From an uncultured Gammaproteobacteria bacterium (lineage in GTDB: Bacteria > Patescibacteriota > Microgenomatia > UBA1406 > GWC2-37-13), in contig CAZKKK010000001.1 in NCBI GenBank assembly GCA_964553365.1, positions 1 to 45,335 of the forward strand: DNA of 45,335 nt, read 5' to 3'. Numbering within the stretch: position 1 is the stretch's first letter; each line of letters starts with the position of its first letter. This document shows, piece after piece, positions 9,526-18,296 of this stretch. A model generated the notes under the pieces. It saw nothing but the letters and a program-made list of their open reading frames with translations, was not told where the DNA came from and searched no databases. Made by a program: the position numbers and the translations under genes.

Positions 9526-10530
9526 TTAAGATAATGGCAGCCAAACTGATACCGTTGTCCCAAAATTGACCGTGCTTTCGACATTGATATTCCCTCTATG
9601 TAATTTGACTATTTTTTTTGCTATGGGCAGTCCTAAACCATATCCCCCAACTCCCATTCTGCTACGAGCGCTGTCAGAACGATAAAATCGATCGAATATA
9701 TGAGGAAGGTCTTTTTCTTCTATACCCATACCAGTATCCGATACACGTAGCTCAAGCCCCTTTCTTTCCACTTCCCCTACGATCGACACTACCGTTTCTT
9801 TTGCACTATACTTAACCGCATTATCCAATAATATGGTGAAAAGTTCAATGAGTCTTTCCTCATTTCCTTTGATCGTAACCGTCGGAATGGAAGAGATATG
9901 TATCTTTATTTTTTTCTTATCTGCGCTATGCTTAAGTTGGTTAGAGGCTTTCGAAAGAACAACCTTCGGGTCTATCTTCACGAATGAGGAAAGGCTATTT
10001 GATTGATTTTCCGAAAGTGTCAGGAGTGATTCCGACAATGTCTGTAATCTATTTACCTCCTGTATATTGTCATGTAATACTTGTTTCGCTTCTTGGAGCG
10101 TCATTTTTGGATCACGAACATAAACCTCCAGTGCGCTTTTCATGGCGGTAAGAGGGGTTTTCAGTTCATGGGATGCGTCAGAAACAAAACGTTTCTGTTC
10201 TTCCATCATTTCTTGAATAGGCTCCAAAGTCTTGCCCGCCAAAAAATAGGAAAGACCTCCCATTGCGATGAGGATTATTCCGTTAATACCAAGAAAGCTT
10301 ATGATGATATGCTGTTTTGCCTCATTGATTATTTCTGTGTCGAGCACTAGAGGAGGTCGGGGAATGCCAGCTTCATCGAACCGACGTTCAATTCGAATGC
10401 GCTGTAAGGCAGTAAACCTATCAATTTCAGCGACCATCCCTCGATAGATAACGATACTAAAGGAAAGACTCACGCTCATGAGGATGACTATATACCATGC
10501 TGTTAGTCTTCGTCGCGCTGAAATAAACAT
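9526..10530 (-). CDS. Membrane sensor histidine kinase
   Basis: It has two TM helices, H-box SHELKTPL, N-box LLDNAVKYS and G-boxes DTGMGI and GYGLGLPIA. Confidence 0.9.
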   Translation of the reverse strand: MFISARRRLTAWYIVILMSVSLSFSIVIYRGMVAEIDRFTALQRIRIERRFDEAGIPRPPLVLDTEIINEAKQHIIISFLGINGIILIAMGGLSYFLAGKTLEPIQEMMEEQKRFVSDASHELKTPLTAMKSALEVYVRDPKMTLQEAKQVLHDNIQEVNRLQTLSESLLTLSENQSNSLSSFVKIDPKVVLSKASNQLKHSADKKKIKIHISSIPTVTIKGNEERLIELFTILLDNAVKYSAKETVVSIVGEVERKGLELRVSDTGMGIEEKDLPHIFDRFYRSDSARSRMGVGGYGLGLPIAKKIVKLHRGNINVESTVNFGTTVSVWLPLS

Positions 10531-10535
10531 AAATA

Positions 10536-11216
10536 TTATTCGTCTCCCCCTAGTTTATACCCGAAGCCACGAACTGTTTTGATCAATTGTTTTTTATTCA
10601 GGAATTTATTGTCGATTTTATCCCGTAATTTTTTTACGTACACTTCGACAGTGTTTGGTAAGATATCAGCATCAAAATTCCATACATGTTGGATAATCTG
10701 GTCTTTCGTAACGATCTGGTTTTTTTTTGTTAGGAGGAATTCAAGGAGCGAAAATTCTTTACTGGTGAGAGCTATAGATTCTTTCCCCCTTTTTACCTCA
10801 AATCGGGCGACATCCATCGAAAGATCCTCAATCGATAGGCTTGTCTGTACTACCGTTCCCTTTCTGCGAAGCAATGCCCGTATTCGCGCTAACAGTTCAT
10901 CGAAAGAAAATGGTTTCGTGAGATAATCATCCGCTCCACTGTTTAGCCCTGTAACTTTTTCAGTCGTTTGACCTTTGGCAGTGAGAAGCAAAATGGGAAT
11001 GTGAATGTTATTTTTTCTCAATTCTTTACATACGGTAATCCCATCCATTTCAGGAAGCATGATATCAAGGATGATAAGATCGTAATCTTCGGTTGACGCA
11101 AGATCATACCCATCCCGCCCGGTATACGCCACATCCACTGCAAATCGCTCCTGCTCAAGGCCTTTTTGAAGTGAGTGTGCAATACGGTGTTCATCTTCTA
11201 CTACAAGTATCCTCAT
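10536..11216 (-). CDS. OmpR-family response regulator
   Basis: The receiver has MRILVVEDE, LIILDIMLPEMDG and LLLTAK. The winged-helix output has VEVYVKKLRDKI...TVRGFGYKL. The 70 codons before ATG 11216 in the track ORF look non-coding, and a TATAAT lies 6 nt upstream of this ATG. Confidence 0.9.
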   Translation of the reverse strand: MRILVVEDEHRIAHSLQKGLEQERFAVDVAYTGRDGYDLASTEDYDLIILDIMLPEMDGITVCKELRKNNIHIPILLLTAKGQTTEKVTGLNSGADDYLTKPFSFDELLARIRALLRRKGTVVQTSLSIEDLSMDVARFEVKRGKESIALTSKEFSLLEFLLTKKNQIVTKDQIIQHVWNFDADILPNTVEVYVKKLRDKIDNKFLNKKQLIKTVRGFGYKLGGDE

Positions 11217-11222
11217 AGCCTC

Positions 11223-11228
11223 ATTATA
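11223..11228 (-). promoter_or_regulatory. Putative -10 box (TATAAT) 6 nt upstream of the response-regulator ATG
   Basis: The reverse strand reads TTGGCTATAATGAGGCT-ATG. Confidence 0.35.
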
Positions 11229-11324
11229 GCCAATTAACTGAATTCTTGCTGAATTTGGCATTTTGTCCCAATCTAAATAATAGTGTGGATGCTGCGGAAA
11301 AGGAGCTATACTAAGTAGTGGTAT

Positions 11325-12206
11325 ATGAAAACAAAAGGGTTTACTCTCATTGAATTGTTGATTGTGGTTGCACTGTTGGGAATCCTTTTGGTCGCGCTCC
11401 TTATCGCCCTCGATCCACTCGAACAAATAAGGAAGAGTCAGGACGTGAAAATGATCTCTGCTTCAAGAGAGATTTATGATTCTCTTTTTCGTTTTAACGC
11501 CAATACGGGCCAAGTTCCCTATGCTGCCGCCATTTCTGGGACTTCTCTTTCTTCAACTGAACCTCAGGACATGATCGTTAAGCTCATCAATAATGAAGAT
11601 TTGAAAAGTGATTTCAACCAGAGGGCTGGTGATATGCTGTCCGAGCTCTATTTCACCGGCAATGCAGATCTTTCGCAGCTTACCTTTTGTTTTATTCCCC
11701 AATCAAAAAGCTATAAAAGGAGCGGTGATACTCTCTATGACAAAATGGGGAATATAATCGACTGTTCGCAAAGCAGCTGCCATCTTTGTTTCGGCATTAA
11801 GTCATCAGTGTCGGAGGAAGGGTTATCCCTACCGGAGACCGTTCAAAATACCATTACACCGTCTGAACAATTGCCTTATTGTGAGGGGTTCGATTCAGAA
11901 AAACCTCAATACCCATGGACCTGCAACAACTCTTCCAAATGGAGCCAATATGGCTGCAGCAACTATTGCGTGGGGGATTTTGGGTGCGATTCCTTTTGCC
12001 CAGCTGGCCAAAGACACCTGAAGAAGAATTATTATGCTATCGGAAGTCCTGATTTTGAAAGATGCTTAAGTCGGTCTGGGGAAACATCTGAAGATTACTG
12101 TGTTTCAGGAATCGTTGCTCATTGTTCCGAAATGTCGTATCCGTCATCATCTTCGGACTTTCTGTGGGGATGCCTCAATCCAAGAAGACCTTACGCATGG
12201 AAGTAA
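11325..12206 (+). CDS. Type IV pilin / pseudopilin-like protein with a Cys-rich C-terminal domain
   Basis: MKTKG/FTLIELLIVVALLGILL is a textbook prepilin (class III) signal with the G-F-T-L-I-E cleavage/methylation motif. The C-terminal ~150 aa hold about 19 Cys. Confidence 0.85.
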   Translation: MKTKGFTLIELLIVVALLGILLVALLIALDPLEQIRKSQDVKMISASREIYDSLFRFNANTGQVPYAAAISGTSLSSTEPQDMIVKLINNEDLKSDFNQRAGDMLSELYFTGNADLSQLTFCFIPQSKSYKRSGDTLYDKMGNIIDCSQSSCHLCFGIKSSVSEEGLSLPETVQNTITPSEQLPYCEGFDSEKPQYPWTCNNSSKWSQYGCSNYCVGDFGCDSFCPAGQRHLKKNYYAIGSPDFERCLSRSGETSEDYCVSGIVAHCSEMSYPSSSSDFLWGCLNPRRPYAWK

Positions 12207-12210
12207 TTGA

Positions 12211-13272
12211 TTAAATATGGATGACTATGCTTTCCCTATTTTCCTTTTGTATTTCTTTCACAAGTTCTTCCTCAGTGGTCGTCATCACTGTCTGATATGT
12301 TTCAATTAATCGGACGATTCTTTCCTTGTTTTCGTGGTCAAATTCGGAAAAAACATCATCAAGGAGGAGTATGGGATGGATGTCGATTTCTTCTTCCATG
12401 AAGTGGATTTCATTCATCTTGAGCCAAAAAACTCCAAGCCGTTGTTCACTTCGACTCCCATATTTTTGGATATTTTTTTTTGCAGAACCCTTACTTGTCA
12501 GAGAAACGATCCAATCATCTTTCTGGGGACCGATAAGTGTCCTTCTTATACGTAACTCAAGCTCCTTTTTTTCTGCGAGACGCGCGAATGTGAATTCATT
12601 TCTCACGTATTCGATATTAAAACTCCTTCCATCAAGTCTTTCATGAGTGTTGAGAAATTCCGTATAGATATTTCTTTTTTCGGTAATATATTGCGCTTCC
12701 TTTTGGAGGTATATATCCCAAAATGATAACTCCTCTTTTAAACTTTCCAAGGATCGCGAATGCTCAAGGAGCTTGTTTCTTTTGCGCAAAGCCTGCTCAT
12801 AATTTATGAGGTGTTTTTTGTAAACTATATCGAATATGCTTATGAGCTTATTGAAGTAGTCTCGCCGTATATCCGGTGAACCGGTGATGATATCTATTTG
12901 TTCCGGAGCGAACAAAACGCACTTTGTTTGCTCATTCGTATAATGGGCGTGGCCTTTGCGCGCCTTTTGCACAAAGAAATTTTTTGTGATGGAGCCATTT
13001 ATATCTTTTTGGAGGAGGACACGAAAATGATTGACCTCCATGCCTTTATCAAATAAGCCATCAAGTTGCGTCTCAGCGCTTCCCATGAGAAGCAATTCTT
13101 CCTCCTTCGACTCTCGGAATCCCACTCCGTTTATGATGCAGTGAATGCTTTCAAGGATATTGGTCTTACCTTTAGCGTTCTCTCCCAGAATAATAGTGAG
13201 ATGTGGAGATATGTCAAAAACACGCGAGGAAATATTACGAAAATTATGAAGCTGAATCCGTTTCAAAATCAT
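12211..13272 (-). CDS. recF: DNA replication and repair protein RecF
   Basis: ILKRIQLHNFRN, Walker A GENAKGKTNILE, an SMC-like signature region (GSRSEQRL) and Walker B ILLLDDVFSEFD. Confidence 0.9.
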   Translation of the reverse strand: MILKRIQLHNFRNISSRVFDISPHLTIILGENAKGKTNILESIHCIINGVGFRESKEEELLLMGSAETQLDGLFDKGMEVNHFRVLLQKDINGSITKNFFVQKARKGHAHYTNEQTKCVLFAPEQIDIITGSPDIRRDYFNKLISIFDIVYKKHLINYEQALRKRNKLLEHSRSLESLKEELSFWDIYLQKEAQYITEKRNIYTEFLNTHERLDGRSFNIEYVRNEFTFARLAEKKELELRIRRTLIGPQKDDWIVSLTSKGSAKKNIQKYGSRSEQRLGVFWLKMNEIHFMEEEIDIHPILLLDDVFSEFDHENKERIVRLIETYQTVMTTTEEELVKEIQKENRESIVIHI

Positions 13273-13286
13273 CTAGTCATTATACC

Positions 13287-13598
13287 CTATATGATTCCTT
13301 GTCCTACTCCAAAAATATAGGCAAGCACTCTCGTAATAAAGAACGAAAGCACTAATAATACGAATCCAATGACTCCTGCGGTTATCTTTGCGTTCGCTCC
13401 CTTTAATTTTTCCGGTGAACCTTGAGAAGTCACATAATCGAAACCACCCCACATAAGGACAAAGAAAAGGATAATGCCTGCGATACTTATGACAAAGGGA
13501 ACCACATTATTGATGATATCTCCTATATTGGTAAAACCGACAAGAGGGTTACATATTCTTTGGCCACTCACAGTTATATATCCATTTGGACACGGCAT
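13287..13598 (-). CDS. Small two-TM pilin-like protein (TrbC/VirB2 or T4SS-pilin-like)
   Basis: It is a TM-loop-TM hairpin: VVPFVISIAGIILFFVLMWGGFDYVTSQGSPEKLKGANAKITAGVIGFVLLVLSFFI. The loop motif matches the C-terminus of the 23690..24436 protein. Confidence 0.6.
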   Translation of the reverse strand: MPCPNGYITVSGQRICNPLVGFTNIGDIINNVVPFVISIAGIILFFVLMWGGFDYVTSQGSPEKLKGANAKITAGVIGFVLLVLSFFITRVLAYIFGVGQGII

Positions 13599-13604
13599 AT
13601 TTAT

Positions 13605-14270
13605 TTATTTCAATCTTGATAATACTACTACTAGTATAGCGTGTATTCCTAAAGAAAACAAAAGAGGGGTTTGGATTGTCTGGATGAAGTAGGAGATGGG
13701 AGGTACTACCTGATTTATGAAGGCGGGAGAAAGCCGAATCGGAAATAGATAATACAAAAGGACAAATATAAGCCCAAGCGGGATAAGATATCCCGCATCA
13801 ACTAAATCCTGTTTTGATGAAAACATATTTGCCGTAATGGTGAGAATCAAATATCCAAACAATATGGTAATCCACCACGCATTTCCAGGGAATAGCTTCG
13901 TCTGAATTATCATCCATACAGAAACAAGAGCTCCAAGAAATGGAGCTATCCCAACCAATAGTGAACGAACAAAGTCATGGGGATTTTTTTCATACAAAAC
14001 ATGCCCTAACTTTACCTTTCTTCCCTCAATGACGGGGAAAATTCGAATTTCTTGTGGATGGAGATTGAGTATGAGTGCCGCTAAATAATGGGATACTTCA
14101 TGGATAATAGTTCCCGGCAAGTAAATGAGGGAAATGAGATACACGATCAGCCGGTCATTTTTTAGTATTTTCTTCAACACGGGATATGATTTTTGAAGTG
14201 AAAATCTTGAGAGTATAAATATGCCTACTATTTCAGCGATAAATACTACTATCTGCGTTAAGATATTCAT
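13605..14270 (-). CDS. Polytopic membrane protein with an HExxH motif (putative intramembrane zinc metallopeptidase)
   Basis: It has 5-6 hydrophobic helices. HEVSH (IIHEVSHYLAA) lies at a helix end. A 4-nt overlap links it to the upstream gene, and 6 nt separate it from the pilin-like gene. Confidence 0.6.
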   Translation of the reverse strand: MNILTQIVVFIAEIVGIFILSRFSLQKSYPVLKKILKNDRLIVYLISLIYLPGTIIHEVSHYLAALILNLHPQEIRIFPVIEGRKVKLGHVLYEKNPHDFVRSLLVGIAPFLGALVSVWMIIQTKLFPGNAWWITILFGYLILTITANMFSSKQDLVDAGYLIPLGLIFVLLYYLFPIRLSPAFINQVVPPISYFIQTIQTPLLFSLGIHAILVVVLSRLK

Positions 14271-14470
14271 GCAAAAAAGCCTGCTAGACCTAATTCTTGC
14301 ACCTTTTTCTCGATGATGATAAAGACGAGCACTGCCAGAATAGCTAAGGTTATTACGATAAGACTCAAAAACACGACATTGATATCAAAGGATTTATGTG
14401 ATGGTATTTGTTTCACTTCACCCTTCTTTCGAAAAGAAGCGATATTAAGAGGTGTGTAATTTACGTCCAT
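14267..14470 (-). CDS. Small single-pass membrane protein
   Basis: It is 67 aa with one TM (VVFLSLIVITLAILAVLVFIII). It starts 14 nt downstream of the ClpC-like stop and overlaps the next gene by 4 nt. Confidence 0.5.
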   Translation of the reverse strand: MDVNYTPLNIASFRKKGEVKQIPSHKSFDINVVFLSLIVITLAILAVLVFIIIEKKVQELGLAGFFA

Positions 14471-14484
14471 ACTTTTTTATTATA

Positions 14485-17400
14485 TCACTTCTGTGGTTGC
14501 GTCCCGTCTGGAGTTGGTACTGGTTGCTCTTTTGGGATTTGCGCTTCTGGCTCTGGTTTTTTTTCATCCTTTTGAGGTGGTGTTACTGGTGCATCAATGT
14601 CAAACTGTTCTTGAACTTTACTTGAGCCACATGACGAACATATGATTGTTGCATTAGGCACCACTTCAGTGGTAAATCTCGCTGCACAGATATTACACAT
14701 ATATCTCTTCCCTTGCTTTTTCTCCTTCTTTTCAAGAAGGGTCGCTTTCTGTATATTGAAAACGAACTGTTGCCCATCAAAGTCGACCACTACTTCATCT
14801 CCTGGATTGGCTTTCTTCTCTATGATAAGGCCTGATATTGGATTTTCAACAATCCTCTGGATTGCGCGGCGAAGAGGTCTTGCACCAAACACTGGATCGA
14901 ATCCATTTCGTGCGATTTCCTTGATCGCTGCCTCGGTATATGCAAAGCCCATATCCTGGTCTTCCATGGATTTTTGGACTCCCTTGAGTTGTATTTTGGC
15001 GATTCGAGTCATATGTTCAAACCGAAGTGGTTCAAACATTATCACTTCATCAAAACGGTTTACCAGTTCAGGACGGAAAAACTTCAGCATTTCATTCATC
15101 ACTTTTTCCTTCAAGGAGGCAAACTTTTTCTTGAAGACCTCTTCATCGATCTTGTGTTTTTCTTCCACATGTTGATCGAGAGGAAGGTCTGAACCGAAAT
15201 ATTCATTTATCGATTTTGTCTTCCAAACAGTCTCACCTTGCGCTTTTGTCCATACCGACTGCCCAACCACTATCACTTCTACTCCGGAAGGAGAGAATGT
15301 ATGGATGTCCCAATATGCGACAGGCAATTGTCCTTTGTCAGCTGTCTGATCGACAAGATAATCCCGTAGAAACCCTGTCTGCCAATCACCCGTACTCAAC
15401 TTTCTTCTCCAAAACCGATCCTTATAGGTGACTATCTCTTGCTCATCGGGAGTGAAAGCATGTGTTTTCAGTGCGGCTGTAGGAAGCTGCTCATCAGGAG
15501 CATCGGGAAGAGCGTTTATTACGACTCCTTCCTTAAAATATGAAATAAGGTTTGAATGTTCCCATGTCTTTGCGGTAGTCGATGTCTTGAAAAAGACTTC
15601 TCCCGCTTTCGTGATCATTTCAATTCCAGTCGAGGACATCGCATGCGTATCGAATCCATGAAGGGGTAATTCGAGCTTTTCAGTTGATGGAGTCTGGGGA
15701 GCTACTTCTCCCTCTTTCGGTGCAACAACTGCAGCTTTCACTTCTTGACCCGCAAAATAATCTAGCAACATCTTTTCCGACCACTTCCCTTGAGATTCTT
15801 TTTCTAGGATTTTACTCCCTATGGTGAGAATCTCTCGTCCTCTTGGTGAGAATGTGTATGAAGTTATCGTTGATGGCTCTTCAATCTCAGTTTTTCCACC
15901 CTTCATCAACTCCTCCTGGATGATCTTTGATCCCAAGTTTGAAGTACAGATTACAACGGCATTCTTGAATGAAACGACATGTCCCTTGTTGTCGGTAAGT
16001 CGTCCATCATCCAATATCTGAAGGAGAATGTTAAAAATATCCGGATGAGCTTTTTCAACTTCATCGAAAAGTACGACACAGTATGGTTTTCTTCTTACCG
16101 CTTCCGTCAATTTTCCACCCTCTTCGTAGCCAACATATCCAGGAGGTGCCCCAAGAAGTTTGGCAACCTCATGTTTTTCCATATACTCCGTCATGTCGAA
16201 GCGAATCATCGCATCCTCGCTCCCAAATAGAATATCCGCGAGTGTCTTTGCTAATTCTGTTTTTCCAGTACCCGTAGGTCCCATGAATATAAACGATCCA
16301 ATAGGGCGATTTGCGGACTTCAAACCAGCTCTCCCTCTTCGAACCGCTTGGGCCACTGAGCTCACCGCTTCTTCTTGGCCGATAAGTCGTTGATGCATGA
16401 TATCTTCCAACTTCGCAAGCTTTTCAGTTTCACTTCCTGCAATCTTATTCACAGGAATGCCGGTCCAACGAGAAACTATGTCCTTAATCATGGAAACGGT
16501 CACTGCCGTTGTCGTTTGTGCTTTTTTGGTATTGAACTCATCTTTTTTTGTATTCAAGTCCCCTTCGATATCCGACAATTTTGATTTGATGATGCGCGCG
16601 CGTACGTTGTCTCCGGATTTCGTTGACTCCACCATTTCTTGATTTAGTTGTTTTATGCGCTCATCCAAAGACTTTATTTCCTCAGGAAGAGAAATGAGAG
16701 GAAGTCGTACCGCTGAAGCGGATTCATCGATCAAGTCTATTGCCTTATCGGGTAAGAATCGTTCTCCTACATAGCGTTTTGAAAGGCGGACTGCCGCCTC
16801 AACCGCATCATCTGGAATCTGGACACGATGGAAAGCTTCATATTTTCCCTTCAAAGCTTTAAGCATCTTTATTGCCTGCTCTTCTGTTGGCTCTGGAACG
16901 ACGACAGGTTGGAAACGTCTCTCAAGGGCTGGATCCTTCTCGATATACTTTCTGTATTCCGTTAAGGTAGTTGCTCCAATGATCTGCATCTCTCCTCTGG
17001 ACAGGCCTGGTTTCAATAAATTTCCAGCGTCTCCTGAACCCTCTCCGCCTGCGACGATATTGTGGATTTCATCAATGAAGAGAATTATCTGCCCTTTACT
17101 TGCCTTTACCTCATCGATGACGCCCTTCATGCGTTCTTCAAACTCACCCTTGTGTGAGGCACCCGCCATAACACTCATCAAATCCAAACCAAGAATTCTT
17201 TTGTTTAACAAAGGTTCCGGTACTTGTTTATTGACGATTTGTTGAGCTAAACCTTCAATTATTGCGGTTTTTCCAACTCCAGCCTCTCCAACCATTACTG
17301 GATTATTCTTACTTCTTCTCGAAAGGATATGAATAACTCGCTCAATTACTTGAGATCTCTCAATCACTGGATCGAGCAATCCCTGTGCGGCGCGTGCTGT

Positions 17401-18288
17401 GATATCGATGGTAAATTGGTCAAGTGAACTTTTTTTCTTTTCCGCTTCTTTTTGATCGGTCAATAGACCCTCTTTGTTTCCTGTGATCTTTTTATTTAGC
17501 TCTTCCTTTTTCAGTCCTAATTTTGCAAGTGCACGTGCGCCAATTCCTTCACCCTCTTCATATAACGCAAAAAGGATATGCTCTGGTGAAATAAACTCAA
17601 ATCCAAGTTTTCGGGCGATAATAAGAGAATTATCAATAATTCGTTTCAGTCGAGGAGACATTTGGGGTGGAACAAGTTTTGCAGGCTCACGTTTATACGT
17701 TTGGGCAAGTTCCGCCTCAATTTGTTGCGGTTGGACCTTCATTTCCATCAAAAGCTTATATATTTCTCCATCTGCGAGTAATCCGTGGAGCATGTGTTCA
17801 CTATCGATAAACGCACTTCCCATTTCCTTTGCTTTTGCCTGCGCTGTGACGAATACCCTATTGGATCGTTGCGTAAGATGTGTCATCAAATCCAAATCGG
17901 TTCTCTTTTGCGAATTCATCGTTGAGTTTAAAGATGCCCCTAAAGGTTTTGCAGGTGGGACTTGACCTGGTGCTTGCGGTTTGTCGCTCGCTGGACCAAC
18001 AGGTTTTACCGGTGGTTGACTATTCAACAACTCTTGGACCCTTACTTGTTCCGGTGTGAGTACTTTTTGGGGTGGAGCTCCAATACCGTTATAAGCCTGT
18101 CCTCCAGGTGGGTTTCCGATACCATTATATGAAGTTGTTTGAGGCCTTGTGACGGTCTGTTGAGGAATAACGACTCCTGGCTGTGTCATTGCAGGAGGCA
18201 TCTGTGATGGTGCTCCAGGAACTGGTGAAATCGAAGGAGTGCTTGCATTCGAGTTGTTATTTTTTATAAAATCAAAAAAGCCAGACAT
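14485..18288 (-). CDS. ClpC/ClpB-family double-ring AAA+ unfoldase with atypical extensions
   Basis: It has two Clp_N repeats (FIDSEHMLHGLL and FISPEHILFALY). D1 has Walker A GEAGVGKTAI and Walker B ILFIDEIH. The middle region is short, about 70 aa. D2 has Walker A GPTGTGKTELAKTLA, Walker B VVLFDEVEKAH and sensor-1 CTSNLGS. FRPELVNRFDEVIMF and GARPLRRAIQ follow. It also carries a P/Q/G-rich N-terminus, a ~240-aa insertion in D2 and a CxxC...CxxC tail. Confidence 0.93.
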   Translation of the reverse strand: MSGFFDFIKNNNSNASTPSISPVPGAPSQMPPAMTQPGVVIPQQTVTRPQTTSYNGIGNPPGGQAYNGIGAPPQKVLTPEQVRVQELLNSQPPVKPVGPASDKPQAPGQVPPAKPLGASLNSTMNSQKRTDLDLMTHLTQRSNRVFVTAQAKAKEMGSAFIDSEHMLHGLLADGEIYKLLMEMKVQPQQIEAELAQTYKREPAKLVPPQMSPRLKRIIDNSLIIARKLGFEFISPEHILFALYEEGEGIGARALAKLGLKKEELNKKITGNKEGLLTDQKEAEKKKSSLDQFTIDITARAAQGLLDPVIERSQVIERVIHILSRRSKNNPVMVGEAGVGKTAIIEGLAQQIVNKQVPEPLLNKRILGLDLMSVMAGASHKGEFEERMKGVIDEVKASKGQIILFIDEIHNIVAGGEGSGDAGNLLKPGLSRGEMQIIGATTLTEYRKYIEKDPALERRFQPVVVPEPTEEQAIKMLKALKGKYEAFHRVQIPDDAVEAAVRLSKRYVGERFLPDKAIDLIDESASAVRLPLISLPEEIKSLDERIKQLNQEMVESTKSGDNVRARIIKSKLSDIEGDLNTKKDEFNTKKAQTTTAVTVSMIKDIVSRWTGIPVNKIAGSETEKLAKLEDIMHQRLIGQEEAVSSVAQAVRRGRAGLKSANRPIGSFIFMGPTGTGKTELAKTLADILFGSEDAMIRFDMTEYMEKHEVAKLLGAPPGYVGYEEGGKLTEAVRRKPYCVVLFDEVEKAHPDIFNILLQILDDGRLTDNKGHVVSFKNAVVICTSNLGSKIIQEELMKGGKTEIEEPSTITSYTFSPRGREILTIGSKILEKESQGKWSEKMLLDYFAGQEVKAAVVAPKEGEVAPQTPSTEKLELPLHGFDTHAMSSTGIEMITKAGEVFFKTSTTAKTWEHSNLISYFKEGVVINALPDAPDEQLPTAALKTHAFTPDEQEIVTYKDRFWRRKLSTGDWQTGFLRDYLVDQTADKGQLPVAYWDIHTFSPSGVEVIVVGQSVWTKAQGETVWKTKSINEYFGSDLPLDQHVEEKHKIDEEVFKKKFASLKEKVMNEMLKFFRPELVNRFDEVIMFEPLRFEHMTRIAKIQLKGVQKSMEDQDMGFAYTEAAIKEIARNGFDPVFGARPLRRAIQRIVENPISGLIIEKKANPGDEVVVDFDGQQFVFNIQKATLLEKKEKKQGKRYMCNICAARFTTEVVPNATIICSSCGSSKVQEQFDIDAPVTPPQKDEKKPEPEAQIPKEQPVPTPDGTQPQK

Positions 18289-18296
18289 ATAATTTC

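Noticed and set aside
10536-11426. The full 296-aa track ORF for the OmpR regulator, which would overlap the pilin gene start.
   Set aside because: The first 70 codons (MFEWIEGDKERDQKDSQQCNHNQQ...) precede the canonical MRILVVEDE receiver start and cover the divergent promoter region. I trimmed the gene to 11216.
14642-17965. Multiple plus-strand ORFs of 64-177 aa (for example 14642..15175 and 17474..17965) inside the ClpC-like gene.
   Set aside because: They are antisense shadows of a gene with unambiguous AAA+ motifs, and they carry no motifs of their own.
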